NCBI GenBank assembly: GCA_963665845.2
Contig: OY762492.1
Coordinates: forward strand, 3,808,001-3,872,000
Direction of reading: 5' to 3'
Length of the DNA: 64,000 bases
Origin: Candidatus Poribacteria bacterium
GTDB taxonomy: Bacteria > Poribacteria > WGA-4E > GCA-2687025
How positions within the stretch are numbered: the first letter of the stretch is position 1; each line of letters begins with the position of its first letter. The translations under genes and the position numbers were made by a program. Shown here piece by piece: positions 20,602 to 31,168 of this stretch. The notes beneath the pieces are model-generated. The model saw only the letters and a list, made by a program, of their open reading frames with translations, ran no database searches and had not been told where the DNA came from.

Positions 20602-21168
20602 TCACGCCATTTTAAGCGGTTCAGTTCGTCGCATCCGCTCTTCGATTTCTTTCTTGGAGAGCGCCCTGTCTTTCATCATCTTGGTGGAGACGTAGACATC
20701 CGCGCCGGTCTGAATCGCCAGCGCAATGCCGTCGCTCGGCCGGCAATCGATCTCCAGAACTTTGCCGCCCGTTTCAACGGCGATCTTCCCGTAGTAGGTC
20801 GTATAGCGAAACTCCGCGACCGCCGCATACAGAACCTTGACGCCCGCGGCGTCCAGCAGGCTCTCCATGAACTCATAGGTCAAGGGCCGGTTCGGCTCCT
20901 CGTCCGACATCGCAATGCGAATCAGATTCGCCTGATAGAATGAGACCCAGACCTGCAGATACCGGTCTTCGGCAGCGTCTTTTAAGATCAGAACCGAATG
21001 AAACTCCTCCATATCCACAACGCCGTCCATCTCTACGAGCGTCATCCCGTCTGGCGGCGCCTCCTCCGAGTGGGGCTTCGCCAGATGAAACGCCCCCGCG
21101 GCGCCGAGCGTTCCGATTCCGCCGTAGGCGAGAAAATCGCGCCTGTTCATGTTCCGTTTCTTTTTCAT
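20602..21168 (-). CDS. Bifunctional nuclease (DUF151/BFN) with Tat-like N-terminus
   Basis: VLILKD...LQVWV...RPLTYE...TYYGKI...IDCRPSDGIALA; N-terminal NRRDFLAYGG. Confidence 0.85.
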   Translation of the reverse strand: MKKKRNMNRRDFLAYGGIGTLGAAGAFHLAKPHSEEAPPDGMTLVEMDGVVDMEEFHSVLILKDAAEDRYLQVWVSFYQANLIRIAMSDEEPNRPLTYEFMESLLDAAGVKVLYAAVAEFRYTTYYGKIAVETGGKVLEIDCRPSDGIALAIQTGADVYVSTKMMKDRALSKKEIEERMRRTEPLKMA

Positions 21169-22217
21169 GACTCTACCGCCTCCTTCAACGCAGGACCGTA
21201 GGGCGCCTTATGCTCCCCTTTTTCGGTGATGATCGAGTCGATCAGCTTCGCCGGGGTGACATCAAACGCGGGGGAGTACACCTGAACGCCGGGGGGAGCC
21301 GTCCGCGCGCCGAACCCTTCCGTGACCTCCTCGGCAGCCCGCTCCTCAATCGGTATGTCGTTCCCTGTCGGCGTCGCCATATCGACGGTGGTGGTCGGCG
21401 CCGCCACATGAAACGGTATGCCATGCGCCTTCGCCAGAACCGCCAAGCTGTATGTCCCGATCTTATTTGCCGCGTCCCCGTTCGCGGCGATCCGGTCCGC
21501 CCCGGTGACGACGCGCTGAACCTTCCCCGACTGCATCAAATGCGCCGCCATGCTGTCGCAAATGAGAGTGACCGGTATATTCGCGCGCATCAGCTCCCAT
21601 GTCGTCAACCGCGACCCCTGCAGCAGCGGGCGCGTCTCATTCGCATACACCTCAAGCCGCTTGCCTTGGCTGTGGGCGGTGAACATGACGGCGAGAGCGG
21701 TGCCGTATCCGCTGGTCGCCAAGCCGCCCGCGTTGCAGTGCGTCAGGACCGCCTCTCCGTTCTGGATCAAGGCGGCGCCGTGTTCGCCGATCGCCCTGCA
21801 GAGCTGGTCGTCCTCGTCTAAGACCGCCTGCGCCTCTTCGGTCAGCCCGCGCTTCATCTCGTCGATCGGTTTGGACGCGAGCTCGGCGGCGCGGGCGCGC
21901 ATACGGTCTAACGCCCAGAAAAGATTCACCGCCGTTGGACGCGAGGTGGCGAGATAGTCGGCGGCGCGGTTCAGCTCCTCTAGAAGCGCGTCGGTCGACG
22001 GCGCGTCGGATCGGTTCGCAACAAGCGCGATTCCAAACGCCGCGGCGACGCCGATGGCGGGCGCGCCCCGCACCCGCAGACTTTTGATCGCTTCCCACAC
22101 ATCGCCGACCTGCTCGCACTCCTTATATAAGGTCTCCAACGGGAGGCGCGTCTGGTCTAGGATACGTACCGTTCCGTTTTCTCCCCATGACACGGGGCGG
22201 ATCGTTTTTTCAGGCAT
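21165..22217 (-). CDS. mtnA: S-methyl-5-thioribose-1-phosphate isomerase
   Basis: ILDQTRLP, VRGAPAIG, SRPTAVNL, LTHCNAGGLAT.GYGTA, ETRPLLQG, GADRIAANGD.ANKIGT; start taken as MPEKTIR at 22217. Confidence 0.96.
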   Translation of the reverse strand: MPEKTIRPVSWGENGTVRILDQTRLPLETLYKECEQVGDVWEAIKSLRVRGAPAIGVAAAFGIALVANRSDAPSTDALLEELNRAADYLATSRPTAVNLFWALDRMRARAAELASKPIDEMKRGLTEEAQAVLDEDDQLCRAIGEHGAALIQNGEAVLTHCNAGGLATSGYGTALAVMFTAHSQGKRLEVYANETRPLLQGSRLTTWELMRANIPVTLICDSMAAHLMQSGKVQRVVTGADRIAANGDAANKIGTYSLAVLAKAHGIPFHVAAPTTTVDMATPTGNDIPIEERAAEEVTEGFGARTAPPGVQVYSPAFDVTPAKLIDSIITEKGEHKAPYGPALKEAVES

Positions 22218-22920
22218 GGTCGGGGTCGTTCTCCTCCGTTTCGGGTTCCGTTTCGCTTTCGGTTTCAGGCTCCGTTTCACTTTCGGCTTCGGGTTCCGTT
22301 TCGCTTTCGGCTTCGGGTTCCGTTTCGCTTTCGGCTGGTTCCTCCCGCTCTTCAGGCTGCTCTTCGGGCTGTTCTTCAGGCGGCTTTTTGGGGGAGGGTT
22401 TTGGCGCCTTTTCTTTTTTCTTTTGATGGGACGCTTTCGGTTGCTTTTTGTAAAGGTCGTTCGCTTCGCGCACATATTCCAGCGCTTCGGCTCTGTTCAT
22501 CCATCCTTTCAGGGGAAAAAACGGCTCGTAAAACTGTATCAAGCGGCGCATGGTCGCGTCGTCCAGGTCGGAAACGTCTTGGCAGTTTCCCGCCGACGGG
22601 TCGCTCAACAGCGCGCAGACGATCTGATGGTCGCCGTCCTGTCGGCGCAGCCCGCCGATGGGGCGCGCTTCGCAGACGTGTCCCGCCCAGGTCGGTTTTT
22701 GCGCCAGAACGATGGCGTTGAGCCGTTTTCCGCCTTTCGTCCATGTTTGCGGAATCCAGCCAAACTCGCCAGGAGGCCCCGTCATGAGCCGGTAGTCCAC
22801 CACAAAGGTGCGCCGCTTGCGGTGATAACGAAAACGTTTGCGGTCTCCTTTCGGTATTTCGATGACCACGTTGATGATCCCGGGCGCATACCGCCCAATC
22901 GGCGTCTTGAAGATGTCCAT
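22210..22920 (-). CDS. Family I inorganic pyrophosphatase-like protein with degenerate active site and acidic repeat tail
   Basis: INVVIEIPKG, GEFGWIPQT, CEARPIGGL scaffold. The usual DGDPLD motif reads KGGKRLN. Confidence 0.75.
   Translation of the reverse strand: MDIFKTPIGRYAPGIINVVIEIPKGDRKRFRYHRKRRTFVVDYRLMTGPPGEFGWIPQTWTKGGKRLNAIVLAQKPTWAGHVCEARPIGGLRRQDGDHQIVCALLSDPSAGNCQDVSDLDDATMRRLIQFYEPFFPLKGWMNRAEALEYVREANDLYKKQPKASHQKKKEKAPKPSPKKPPEEQPEEQPEEREEPAESETEPEAESETEPEAESETEPETESETEPETEENDPDHA
22236..22335 (-). repeat. 24-bp tandem coding repeat (ESETEPEA-like, about 4 copies)
   Basis: GAAAGCGAAACGGAACCCGAAGCC-type units encode AESETEPE repeats. Confidence 0.85.
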
Positions 22921-23056
22921 CTGCCTGCCCGCCAATCTAGTTGCCGAAACGATCAAGATGTTCCGCGTTCAAAAGAACCGCATCCCGCCGCTTCCGATAT
23001 AAGATAACAAATGCTGTCTTCGCTGTCAAGCGCGCTTTTTTTGGGCAGTTACGGAT

Positions 23057-23294
23057 CGTCATTCCCGCGCAAGCGGGAATCCAGAGTCCAGCGTACGCCG
23101 TCTGAACTAGGATTGCCAAGATGGAAAAGATTAACTTGAGATTTGCGAAAGCCGATACGCCGCGCACAGTTCGTCATTCCCGCGCAAGCGGGAATCCAGA
23201 GGCGAACCCAAAACAACCGCGTCCAGCAAAAACCGCCATCCTACCCGACGTCATTCCGCGCCCACAATTCGTCATTCCCGCGCAAGCGGGAATC
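23057..23294. repeat. REP-like repeat cluster
   Basis: CGTCATTCCCGCGCAAGCGGGAATC at about 23057, 23172 and 23271, plus a partial copy at 23249. Confidence 0.85.
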
Positions 23295-23430
23295 TTAGGC
23301 GCCGCAGACGCCGTCCATATCGCGTCTCTGATCAACATCTCCGAATGAGCGCGCCGCCGGTCAGTCCGTCTAGTTGACCCGCCGCTCCAAACAGCGTATG
23401 CTGTATCTTAGGAACGATGGGATGAACTCT

Positions 23431-24630
23431 ATGGCGTATCGGCCGCCTTACGGATCAACAGTCTATCGGCATCGCAACCGCAAACGCCGCACGAGCGCGC
23501 GCGCCCGATTTGCCGGCTGGAGAGCTAGAAAACTGAAAGCGCGCCGCCTGCCCGCCGCCGCCTTGATTGCCGTTCTCCTCATGACGATTGTTCACTCCAT
23601 GCTGCGCACCGAAGAAAGCCTGTGGCAAACCTGCGAAACGCTGTACCTCTCCGGCGACGCAAACGGCATCGCCGCCCTGAAGCGTTACCAAAACAGGTAC
23701 CCTGAAGGCGAGCATCTGGACGACGCGGCGTACTATACGGCAAAACTTGCCCATCAAAACGGAGCCTCCCTGAACGCAATAGACGCATGGAAAGCGGTCT
23801 TAAACAGCCCCAACACTTCCCGAAAAATCGAAGCGGCGCGGCGGCTGGGCGATTGCGCCGCGCTTGAAAACGACCTTCCCGCCGCCTACAAACATTATCG
23901 AACCGCGCTCTCATACGGCGTCATCGACGAACACTCCGCCGCCGCCATGTTCGGCGCGGGAGAAGCCGCGCACGCGCTCGATTACCACGGCGAAGCGCTC
24001 GCGTATCTGCGCAGCCTGTGGAGCCTGCCCTCCTCCGTCAGCCAACGAATTCGCGCAAGCCGGCTCCTGCAAGAACGAACGCTCCCCGCCGTCCAGATCG
24101 TCAACAGCCAAGAGCGCTCCTATGTGGTGAAGCAGGGCGAAAGTTTGACGCGCATCGCCCGCCGATTCGATGTCGGACTCAACCTGCTCATCAGAGCCAA
24201 CCCGAATGTGCGCCCGAACCTGATACGGGCTGGACAGCAGCTGACGATCCCGACCCGCAGCGGTACCGCGTCCGCCATGTTGAGCCTGTCCGACCGCGCG
24301 CTTTTTCTGATTCAAAACCAGCGCGTCGTCTGTCCGTTCCCGACCGTCGGGATACACCCGCAGGCTGCCGCGCTCGGAACCTACAGAACGGAGCGCATGG
24401 ACGCGCATGCCTCCCAGCACAGCGGCGCGGGGCGCATTGAGCTGTCGGGAGGGCTTGTCATCCTAGGCGGCGCGACGGAGGAGGCGCTGCGCGAGCCGAA
24501 CCTGTCGCCTGAAATACGTCTGGCGGACGAGGATATAAGGCGGCTGATGCCTTTTTTAGGCGCAGGCGCCCAGTTCACCATCGCATCCGACATGGTTTCC
24601 ATGGACTGGCTCCATATACCCCCGCCTTAA
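23431..24630 (+). CDS. Membrane-anchored TPR-like + LysM domain protein
   Basis: TM helix, helical repeats, LysM YVVKQGESLTRIARRF...LIRAN...IRAGQQLTIP. The track's TTG at 23374 looks like the -35 box of a TTGACC-17-TATGCT promoter. Confidence 0.8.
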   Translation: MAYRPPYGSTVYRHRNRKRRTSARARFAGWRARKLKARRLPAAALIAVLLMTIVHSMLRTEESLWQTCETLYLSGDANGIAALKRYQNRYPEGEHLDDAAYYTAKLAHQNGASLNAIDAWKAVLNSPNTSRKIEAARRLGDCAALENDLPAAYKHYRTALSYGVIDEHSAAAMFGAGEAAHALDYHGEALAYLRSLWSLPSSVSQRIRASRLLQERTLPAVQIVNSQERSYVVKQGESLTRIARRFDVGLNLLIRANPNVRPNLIRAGQQLTIPTRSGTASAMLSLSDRALFLIQNQRVVCPFPTVGIHPQAAALGTYRTERMDAHASQHSGAGRIELSGGLVILGGATEEALREPNLSPEIRLADEDIRRLMPFLGAGAQFTIASDMVSMDWLHIPPP

Positions 24631-24673
24631 TATCAAATTGATCGGAAGGAATTGCTAAGAAACGCAAATAATG

Positions 24674-24702
24674 TTGACACCAGACCAGCGGCAAACTATA
24701 CT
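24674..24702 (+). promoter_or_regulatory. sigma70-type promoter of mutS2-dnaG-rpoD
   Basis: TTGACA-17 bp-TATACT. Confidence 0.75.
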
Positions 24703-24830
24703 AAAGGCGCCAGGTTAACGGAAGACCGCCTCTCTTCGTCATCCCGCGCCGGACGCCGGAACCGAGCAGAGAGGCGCCAACCCGACAGGCAGTTTTCGCG
24801 CTTGTGGAGAAAATCTAACAGGGCGGAGCG

Positions 24831-27242
24831 ATGATATTGAGCGATCTGGATGTATTAGAGTACGACCAGCTCAAAGAATGCCTCATGGAGTACGCCGTTT
24901 CGGCGCCCGGAAAAGAGCGCATTGAAAAACTGCAGCCTGTCTACCGCGGCGCGCCGTCCCTGCGCCGAAAGCACCGCGCTGTCTCCGAAGCGACTCGCCT
25001 TCAATCCTCCGAACATCCCATACCGCTCCAGGGGCTGCGCGACATCCGACAAGCAGCCCGGCGGCTGCGAACCTCGCCCCTAGACGCTTCCGAGATTCTT
25101 GAGCTGGCTGACCATCTGCGCGCCGCCCGCCGCGTCCGCCTCTATTTTGAAAAAATGAACGCCGCGGACGCGCCCATACTTGACCGACTATCTCAAAAAC
25201 TACAGCGAATGCCCGAACTGATACAGCGGATTGAGCAGGTCTTCAACGACGAAGGCGAGATCGTTGACAACGCCAGCCCAGCCCTCCGAACGATACGTTC
25301 CAAACTCCGCCATGCCCGCCTCAAAATCCAGACCCGCCTCGACAGCATACTCCAAAATCCGAACTATCAGGACGCCCTTCAGGAGCGCATCGTCGTCATC
25401 CGAAACGGGCGGTATGCGATACCGGTCAAACAGAACTTTAGGGGAGCCGTCAAAGGCGCGGCGCAGGGGCAGTCCGCCTCCGGCGCGACCGTCTATATTG
25501 AGCCGCTGTCGGTCATGGAAGCGAACAACGATCTGGACAACCTGCTTGGTGAAGAGGAACGGGAGATACGGCGCATCCTCGCCGAGTTGAGCGACCTCGC
25601 GCGTGAGCGGCTGGACGACATCCGCCTCAACATCGACACGCTGGCGGAGTTCGATTTTATACGCGCCAAAGCGATTTTTGGAATCGAATACGGCTGCTCC
25701 GAGCCGATCATCGTTGATGAGCCGATCGTTGACCTGGAAAACGCGCGCCATCCGCTTCTGATGCGCCATTTCCGACGCGAAGCCGCCCAAAATCGACGCG
25801 CCAAATTGGACGAACCGCCGCGGCAGGTCGTCCCGACCTCCATACGCCTAGACGACCAGACGCAGGCGGTTGTCATCACCGGACCGAACACCGGCGGCAA
25901 AACGATCGCGCTCAAAACGGTCGGGCTGCTCGCGCTCATGTGTCAATCGGGCGTGCCGATACCGGCGGACGCCGGCAGCCGACTCGGGTTGTTTGACGCG
26001 GTCTGCGCCGACATCGGCGACGAGCAGAGCATTGAGCAAAGCCTCTCCACCTTCTCCTCCCATATGACGCGCGTCATACGCATTCTTGGACAGGCGACGC
26101 CGCGCACGCTGGTCGCGCTGGATGAGGTCGCCGCTGGGACCGATCCGACCGAAGGCGCCGCCCTTGCCGCCGCTGTTCTGGACGAGCTGATGCGCAAAGG
26201 CGCCAAGATCCTCATCACGACGCACCACAGCGCCTTGAAGCTGTACGCCCATGAGAAACGCAGCGCGGCAAACGCCTCGATGGCTTTCAACGAACAAGAC
26301 CTCTCCCCAACCTATCAGCTGAACATGGGCGCCCCTGGAAGCAGCCATGCGATTCAGATTGCGCGTCGGCTTGGCATGCCGGCGGAAGTGTTGGAGGCGG
26401 CGGAGCAGTCGCTCGGCGACGGGGCGATGGAGATGGAAACGCTCATACAGGATGTGGAACGGCTTCGGCGCAAGATGGAAACGGAGAGCGCCGAGCTGGA
26501 AACGCGCCTGAAACGGGCGAGAGCGCGCGAGACGGAATATAAAAATAGAATTGATCAGCTGCGGGCGCAGCGGAGCGAACTGAAACGGCAGGCGGAAGCG
26601 CAGGCGCAAGCGATTGTGAAAGGCGCCCGTTCGGTTGTGGAGCGAACCGTCGCCGAGATACGCGAGTCGCAAGCCTCCAAAGAGTCGATCGCCTCCGCCC
26701 GCCGGCAGATTCAGGAGACGGAACGCAAACTTGAACAGGCGCGGCGCATCGAACGGCAAAAAGCGGCGGAAGCGATGCGCAACCTGCCCGAAGGTACACT
26801 CGTCTATATTAAGGCGATGAAAGCGAAGGGCGTCATTGTGGATCCGCCCAACGAGTCGGGAACGGCGCGCGCCCGCGTCGGAAATATGACCGTCTCCGTT
26901 TCCGCCGCCGATATGGAGCTGAGGGAAGAAGACCAAGCGAAAATCATGGAGATGCCGAAGCCGTTCCGAAGGCTCGCCGCGGAAAAACGCGCGAACGTGT
27001 CCATTGAGCTGGACCTGCGCGGGTTCCGCGTCTATGAAGCGCTGGACGAAGCGGACAAATACTTGGACGACGCCGCGCTGGCTGGACTAGAGCAGGCGTC
27101 CATCATCCACGGCAAAGGAGCAGGCGCGCTTCGAAAGGCGCTGCATGAAGCGTTTCAACACAACCCGAACGTCCTCCGATACCGTCTCGGAACGCTTGAA
27201 GAGGGCGGAGCTGGAGTCACGATTGTAACGCTGAACGAATAA
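24831..27242 (+). CDS. mutS2: Endonuclease MutS2
   Basis: SASGATVYIEP, ARHPLL, ITGPNTGGKT, DIGDEQSIEQSLSTFSSHM; Smr domain LDLRG...IIHGKG.GALR. Confidence 0.96.
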   Translation: MILSDLDVLEYDQLKECLMEYAVSAPGKERIEKLQPVYRGAPSLRRKHRAVSEATRLQSSEHPIPLQGLRDIRQAARRLRTSPLDASEILELADHLRAARRVRLYFEKMNAADAPILDRLSQKLQRMPELIQRIEQVFNDEGEIVDNASPALRTIRSKLRHARLKIQTRLDSILQNPNYQDALQERIVVIRNGRYAIPVKQNFRGAVKGAAQGQSASGATVYIEPLSVMEANNDLDNLLGEEEREIRRILAELSDLARERLDDIRLNIDTLAEFDFIRAKAIFGIEYGCSEPIIVDEPIVDLENARHPLLMRHFRREAAQNRRAKLDEPPRQVVPTSIRLDDQTQAVVITGPNTGGKTIALKTVGLLALMCQSGVPIPADAGSRLGLFDAVCADIGDEQSIEQSLSTFSSHMTRVIRILGQATPRTLVALDEVAAGTDPTEGAALAAAVLDELMRKGAKILITTHHSALKLYAHEKRSAANASMAFNEQDLSPTYQLNMGAPGSSHAIQIARRLGMPAEVLEAAEQSLGDGAMEMETLIQDVERLRRKMETESAELETRLKRARARETEYKNRIDQLRAQRSELKRQAEAQAQAIVKGARSVVERTVAEIRESQASKESIASARRQIQETERKLEQARRIERQKAAEAMRNLPEGTLVYIKAMKAKGVIVDPPNESGTARARVGNMTVSVSAADMELREEDQAKIMEMPKPFRRLAAEKRANVSIELDLRGFRVYEALDEADKYLDDAALAGLEQASIIHGKGAGALRKALHEAFQHNPNVLRYRLGTLEEGGAGVTIVTLNE

Positions 27243-27260
27243 GCTTATTAAAGGAGAACG

Positions 27261-29051
27261 ATGGCGCGATTTCCGCATGCGACGCTTGAAACGATACGCA
27301 GCCGCATTGACCTGGCGCGCCTCATCGAAGAGTCGGGCGTTCCGCTGCGCCGGCGCGGAAACCGCTATGCGGGGCGATGCCCCTTCCACCAAGACAAAGA
27401 CCCCTCCTTCTCCGTCAGCGCCGACAAAGGTCTCTTTCACTGCTTCGGCTGCGGCAAGTCGGGAACCGCCTTCACCTATGTTGTTGAGCGGGAAGGTCTC
27501 ACCTTCGACGAGGCGGTCAAAAAGCTGGCGGATCGCGCCGGCGTCTCCCTGGACGGAATCGACGAGCGGAAGCCGACCGATGAGATGCAGCGGCTCGCCA
27601 AAGCGAACCTGTATGCGCAAAAGCTGTTCCGCCGCTGGCTTCAACAGAACCGCGCGCCGATGGAGTACCTTGAACGGCGCGGCGTGACGCCTGAAACTCA
27701 AGAGGAGCTGCAGATCGGATACGCGCCCGATTCATGGGATGGGCTTATGAACGAGATGATTGGTTCGGGCTACGACGCCGATTTTCTTGTCAAAGCGGGG
27801 TTGATTCGCCAAAACGAAAAGGGCAGGCGGTACGACTATTTCCGAAACCGCGTCATCTTTCCGATCAACGATATGGACGGCAACGTCGCGGGATTCGGCG
27901 GACGCGCCTTGGAGGACGACGCGGGACCGAAATACCTGAACTCCCCCGAAACGCCCCTCTACCAAAAAAGCCAGATTCTGTATATGCTGGACAGAGCGCA
28001 TCGGGAGGTGTATCAGGAGCGGCGCGCCGTCGTCGCCGAGGGGTATATGGATGTGATCGCGCTGCGGCAGGCGGGCGTTCTGAACGCGGTCGCGCCGTTG
28101 GGAGCCGCATTGTCAAAGTACCATGCGCGGCTTTTGAAACGGCGGTGCGACGCCGTCACCTTTATACTGGACGGAGACGAGGCGGGAGCGCGGGCGGTGG
28201 AACGCGGCGCGGGCGTCTTCTTGGGTGAAGGGCTGCGCGTCGAAGCGGCGGTCATGCCTGAAGGCAAAGACCCTGACGACATCATCCAGTCGGACGGGGC
28301 GGAGGCGGTGAAAACGCTTCTGAACAACGTCGTCCCGGTCGTTGAGTTTCTGATACGGCATCTCGGCGAGAAGCTGGACCTGTCGCAGCCTGAAGCGAAG
28401 CTGGAAGCCATCGACAAGGCGGCGGAGCTGATGCGGCATGTTCAAAGCCCGCTGCTGATGCGGGATTACGCCGCGCGTCTCGCAAAGGAGCTGGAGTCGC
28501 CGCCGAAGGAGGTCTGGGCGGAACTGCGCCGGCGGCGCGTGCGGCTTGAAAGCGCGCCGGACGAGACGGCGGGATCCAGCGCGTTCAACGCTGACCGCCG
28601 ATACGTTGCGGAACGAAAACTGCTCGGCTACATGGCAGCCAAACCCGATACGATACTGGATGTTTTTGACAAGATCGCGCCGAGCGATTTTCAAAAAGAA
28701 ACGCATCAGGAGCTGGCGCGCCTCTTATGGGAGGCGGCGCGCGAAGGTCAAGAGGATGTCTATGCGCTCATTGACGCCAGCTACGACGATGAGACCCGCG
28801 AGCTGCTCAGCGCCGTCATGATCGAAACGAAGCCGCTCCCGCATATTGAGGCGGAGATCGACGCGGCGGTGGATCGCCTTGTTCATGACGCGCTCAAAAG
28901 AATGGAGCGCCAGCGGCTCGCCGACATGGAGCAGTCCGAAGCGGACGATCTCCAAATGGCAAAGTACCTTAATGAAAACTCGAAACAGCGCCGCGCGATG
29001 CGGCAACCGTCCCCAACTTCAACGCATCATACCGCAGAAAACGACGCCTAG
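27261..29051 (+). CDS. dnaG: DNA primase
   Basis: CPFHQDKDPSF...FHCFGCG zinc finger, KYLNSPET, EGYMDV, DGDEAG, KDPDD. Confidence 0.97.
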   Translation: MARFPHATLETIRSRIDLARLIEESGVPLRRRGNRYAGRCPFHQDKDPSFSVSADKGLFHCFGCGKSGTAFTYVVEREGLTFDEAVKKLADRAGVSLDGIDERKPTDEMQRLAKANLYAQKLFRRWLQQNRAPMEYLERRGVTPETQEELQIGYAPDSWDGLMNEMIGSGYDADFLVKAGLIRQNEKGRRYDYFRNRVIFPINDMDGNVAGFGGRALEDDAGPKYLNSPETPLYQKSQILYMLDRAHREVYQERRAVVAEGYMDVIALRQAGVLNAVAPLGAALSKYHARLLKRRCDAVTFILDGDEAGARAVERGAGVFLGEGLRVEAAVMPEGKDPDDIIQSDGAEAVKTLLNNVVPVVEFLIRHLGEKLDLSQPEAKLEAIDKAAELMRHVQSPLLMRDYAARLAKELESPPKEVWAELRRRRVRLESAPDETAGSSAFNADRRYVAERKLLGYMAAKPDTILDVFDKIAPSDFQKETHQELARLLWEAAREGQEDVYALIDASYDDETRELLSAVMIETKPLPHIEAEIDAAVDRLVHDALKRMERQRLADMEQSEADDLQMAKYLNENSKQRRAMRQPSPTSTHHTAENDA

Positions 29052-29062
29052 GAGGATGAACG

Positions 29063-30748
29063 ATGGCCCGTCAGAATCAACCGCAAACGCGCCGATCGCG
29101 AACAAGACGCTCTCGAGCCGACCGTCAGGAGGAGACGATCATGGGTCAAGAAGGCGGGTATCCGGAGGATGGTTCGTTTTTAGACAATTCGTCGGCGCAG
29201 AAGCTGGCCGCCATCGGCGGAATTGACGGCGATCAGGACAGCATAGACCCTGCAGACGACGCGGAGCAGGATGAGGAGTTGGCGGATGAAACCGTTGACA
29301 AGTCGGCGCTCATCGCCGCGCAGAACGCAAAAGCGCGCCTAGAAAGCGGCTCCGAGGATCCGACCAAAGTTTATCTGCGCGAAATGGGCAAGGTCCCGCT
29401 TCTCACCAAGAAGCAGGAGGTGGAGCTGGCGAAGAGGATTGAGCGCGGTCTGGAGATCATCCGCGACGCCGTTTTTGAAACGCCCATCGCCGCGGCTGAA
29501 GCGCGCAAGATGCTCTCCGCGCTGATACGCGGGAAGGCGAAGCCCGCCGACATCCTGGAGCTGCCGACGCAGAGCCGCACCGGCAAGGACGCCGTACACA
29601 TCGAAACGGCGCGCGCCGCGCTGAAAGACCTGAACGCAATGGAGCGGACTCTTCTTGAAACGCGAATCGATTATCACAAATCGGGCAAGAACGGCGGGGC
29701 GGACGCTCTTCAAGCGGAGCATACCGCCGCCCGGCGCGCCTTCGCCGAGCGCATGCGCCAGATCAACTTCAACCGCAACCGCATCGCCGAAATCAGCGTC
29801 AAAGTGAAAAACGCCGCCGCGCGCGCCGAAAACATGCGGCAGCATCTGCACAATCAACGCAGGGGAATCGCCGCGCTTCCCGCAAACGAACATGACGCGC
29901 CCCATATCGTCCAGTCGGAGCGCGCCGTACGTCACCTGGAAAAACAGCTCGGATTCAACGTCCAAACGTTGAAACAGATTCGACATCGAATCATGCAGGG
30001 CGAAAAGTTGGCGGCGGACGCCAAACGCCACATGACAGAAGCGAACCTGCGCCTTGTCGTCAGCATCGCCAAAAAATACGCGGTCCGGACGCCGAACCTC
30101 ACCATCCTGGACCTGATCCAGGAAGGCAACATGGGGCTGATGAAAGCGGTCGACAAATTTGAATACAAACGGAATTTCAAATTTAGCACCTACGCCACTT
30201 GGTGGATCAAACAAGCCATCAGCCGCGCCATCGCCGACCAGTCCCGCACCATCCGCGTTCCCGTTCATATGACCGAAACGATCAACCGCCTCTCCAGAAT
30301 GACCCGCCAGTTTGTGCAAGAAAACGGACGCGAACCGACCGTCGATGAGCTGAGCGACCAAATGGACCTGCCCCCAGAAAAAATCCACCAGATCATGCGC
30401 GTCGCGCTGGACCCGATCTCTCTGGAAACGCCCATCGGCGAGGAGGAAGACAGCTGTCTGCGCGACTTCATCGAAGACAAGACCGCCAAAGCGCCCGATC
30501 AGGAAACGGACACCTCCCTGCTGCGCCAGCAGGTTGCCGACGCGCTCAACAAGTGCCTTGACCCCAGAGAGGCGCAGGTGATACGGCTCCGCTTCGGCAT
30601 CGGCGACGGATGCCCGCGCACGCTGGAGGAGGTCGGCGCCGTCTTCAATGTAACCCGCGAACGCATACGGCAGATCGAAGCGAAAGCGCTGCGCAAACTG
30701 CAGCACCCCATCCGCAGTCGGAATTTGCGCGGCTACATTGACGAATGA
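29063..30748 (+). CDS. rpoD: Primary sigma factor RpoD
   Basis: [58 protein letters not shown]. Confidence 0.97.
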   Translation: MARQNQPQTRRSRTRRSRADRQEETIMGQEGGYPEDGSFLDNSSAQKLAAIGGIDGDQDSIDPADDAEQDEELADETVDKSALIAAQNAKARLESGSEDPTKVYLREMGKVPLLTKKQEVELAKRIERGLEIIRDAVFETPIAAAEARKMLSALIRGKAKPADILELPTQSRTGKDAVHIETARAALKDLNAMERTLLETRIDYHKSGKNGGADALQAEHTAARRAFAERMRQINFNRNRIAEISVKVKNAAARAENMRQHLHNQRRGIAALPANEHDAPHIVQSERAVRHLEKQLGFNVQTLKQIRHRIMQGEKLAADAKRHMTEANLRLVVSIAKKYAVRTPNLTILDLIQEGNMGLMKAVDKFEYKRNFKFSTYATWWIKQAISRAIADQSRTIRVPVHMTETINRLSRMTRQFVQENGREPTVDELSDQMDLPPEKIHQIMRVALDPISLETPIGEEEDSCLRDFIEDKTAKAPDQETDTSLLRQQVADALNKCLDPREAQVIRLRFGIGDGCPRTLEEVGAVFNVTRERIRQIEAKALRKLQHPIRSRNLRGYIDE

Positions 30749-31164
30749 GGTCGGCGCCGCTCCGCCTTGACGATCCGAAAACAGCCCGTGCGCTTTGCGC
30801 CTCTATCGCCGCGGCGTCGGCTGTTCATGCGCCTTTTTCCCTTTATCAAAACCTTCCCGTCTACGCGCCGGCGCTGGTGGCAGCCGCTCTCGCCGCCTTG
30901 TTCGCTGTCGCATGGGAACCGTCCGAACGATCCTTTTTTTGGGAATGGAGACGGCGCGCCTATGCGTCATGGCTCTTCGCGGCGCTCTGCTTCCCTGTTT
31001 TGGTTCTGGCTTACGGGATGCAGCCCGCTCTCGCCGCCGTTAGCGTTCAAGTCGTTGTCGGAACGTTCGCCTCGGCATGGGCGGCATTTCTGCGGCGCGC
31101 GCCTTGGGTCGCCGTTTTAGGGTCCGTCTGCGCGTTGACGTTCGCCGCCAAAGCGCTCGCCTGA
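30745..31164 (+). CDS. Hypothetical membrane protein
   Basis: ATGA overlap with the rpoD stop; several hydrophobic segments. Confidence 0.6.
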   Translation: MRSAPLRLDDPKTARALCASIAAASAVHAPFSLYQNLPVYAPALVAAALAALFAVAWEPSERSFFWEWRRRAYASWLFAALCFPVLVLAYGMQPALAAVSVQVVVGTFASAWAAFLRRAPWVAVLGSVCALTFAAKALA

Positions 31165-31168
31165 GCGG

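Noticed and set aside
22218-22475. Basic PKAKRN-repeat N-terminal extension of MtnA in the ORF track
   Set aside because: It is the alternative-frame reading of the upstream gene's 24-bp acidic repeat; MtnA homology begins at 22217.
23057-23294. Repeated 25-bp palindromes as a CRISPR array (also 6623-6804)
   Set aside because: Spacing is irregular, there are few copies per cluster, copies are scattered in both orientations, and no cas genes are present; this fits REP-like repeats.
24270-24600. Active L,D-transpeptidase domain after LysM
   Set aside because: The layout is suggestive, but the catalytic His/Cys motif (HG...SxGC) is not present, so the call is unsupported.
29339-30706. Long antisense ORFs (also 3714-4799, 25848-26936, 33393-34817, 35153-36178)
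   Set aside because: They overlap better-supported genes on the other strand and show no motifs; such ORFs are expected in GC-rich DNA.
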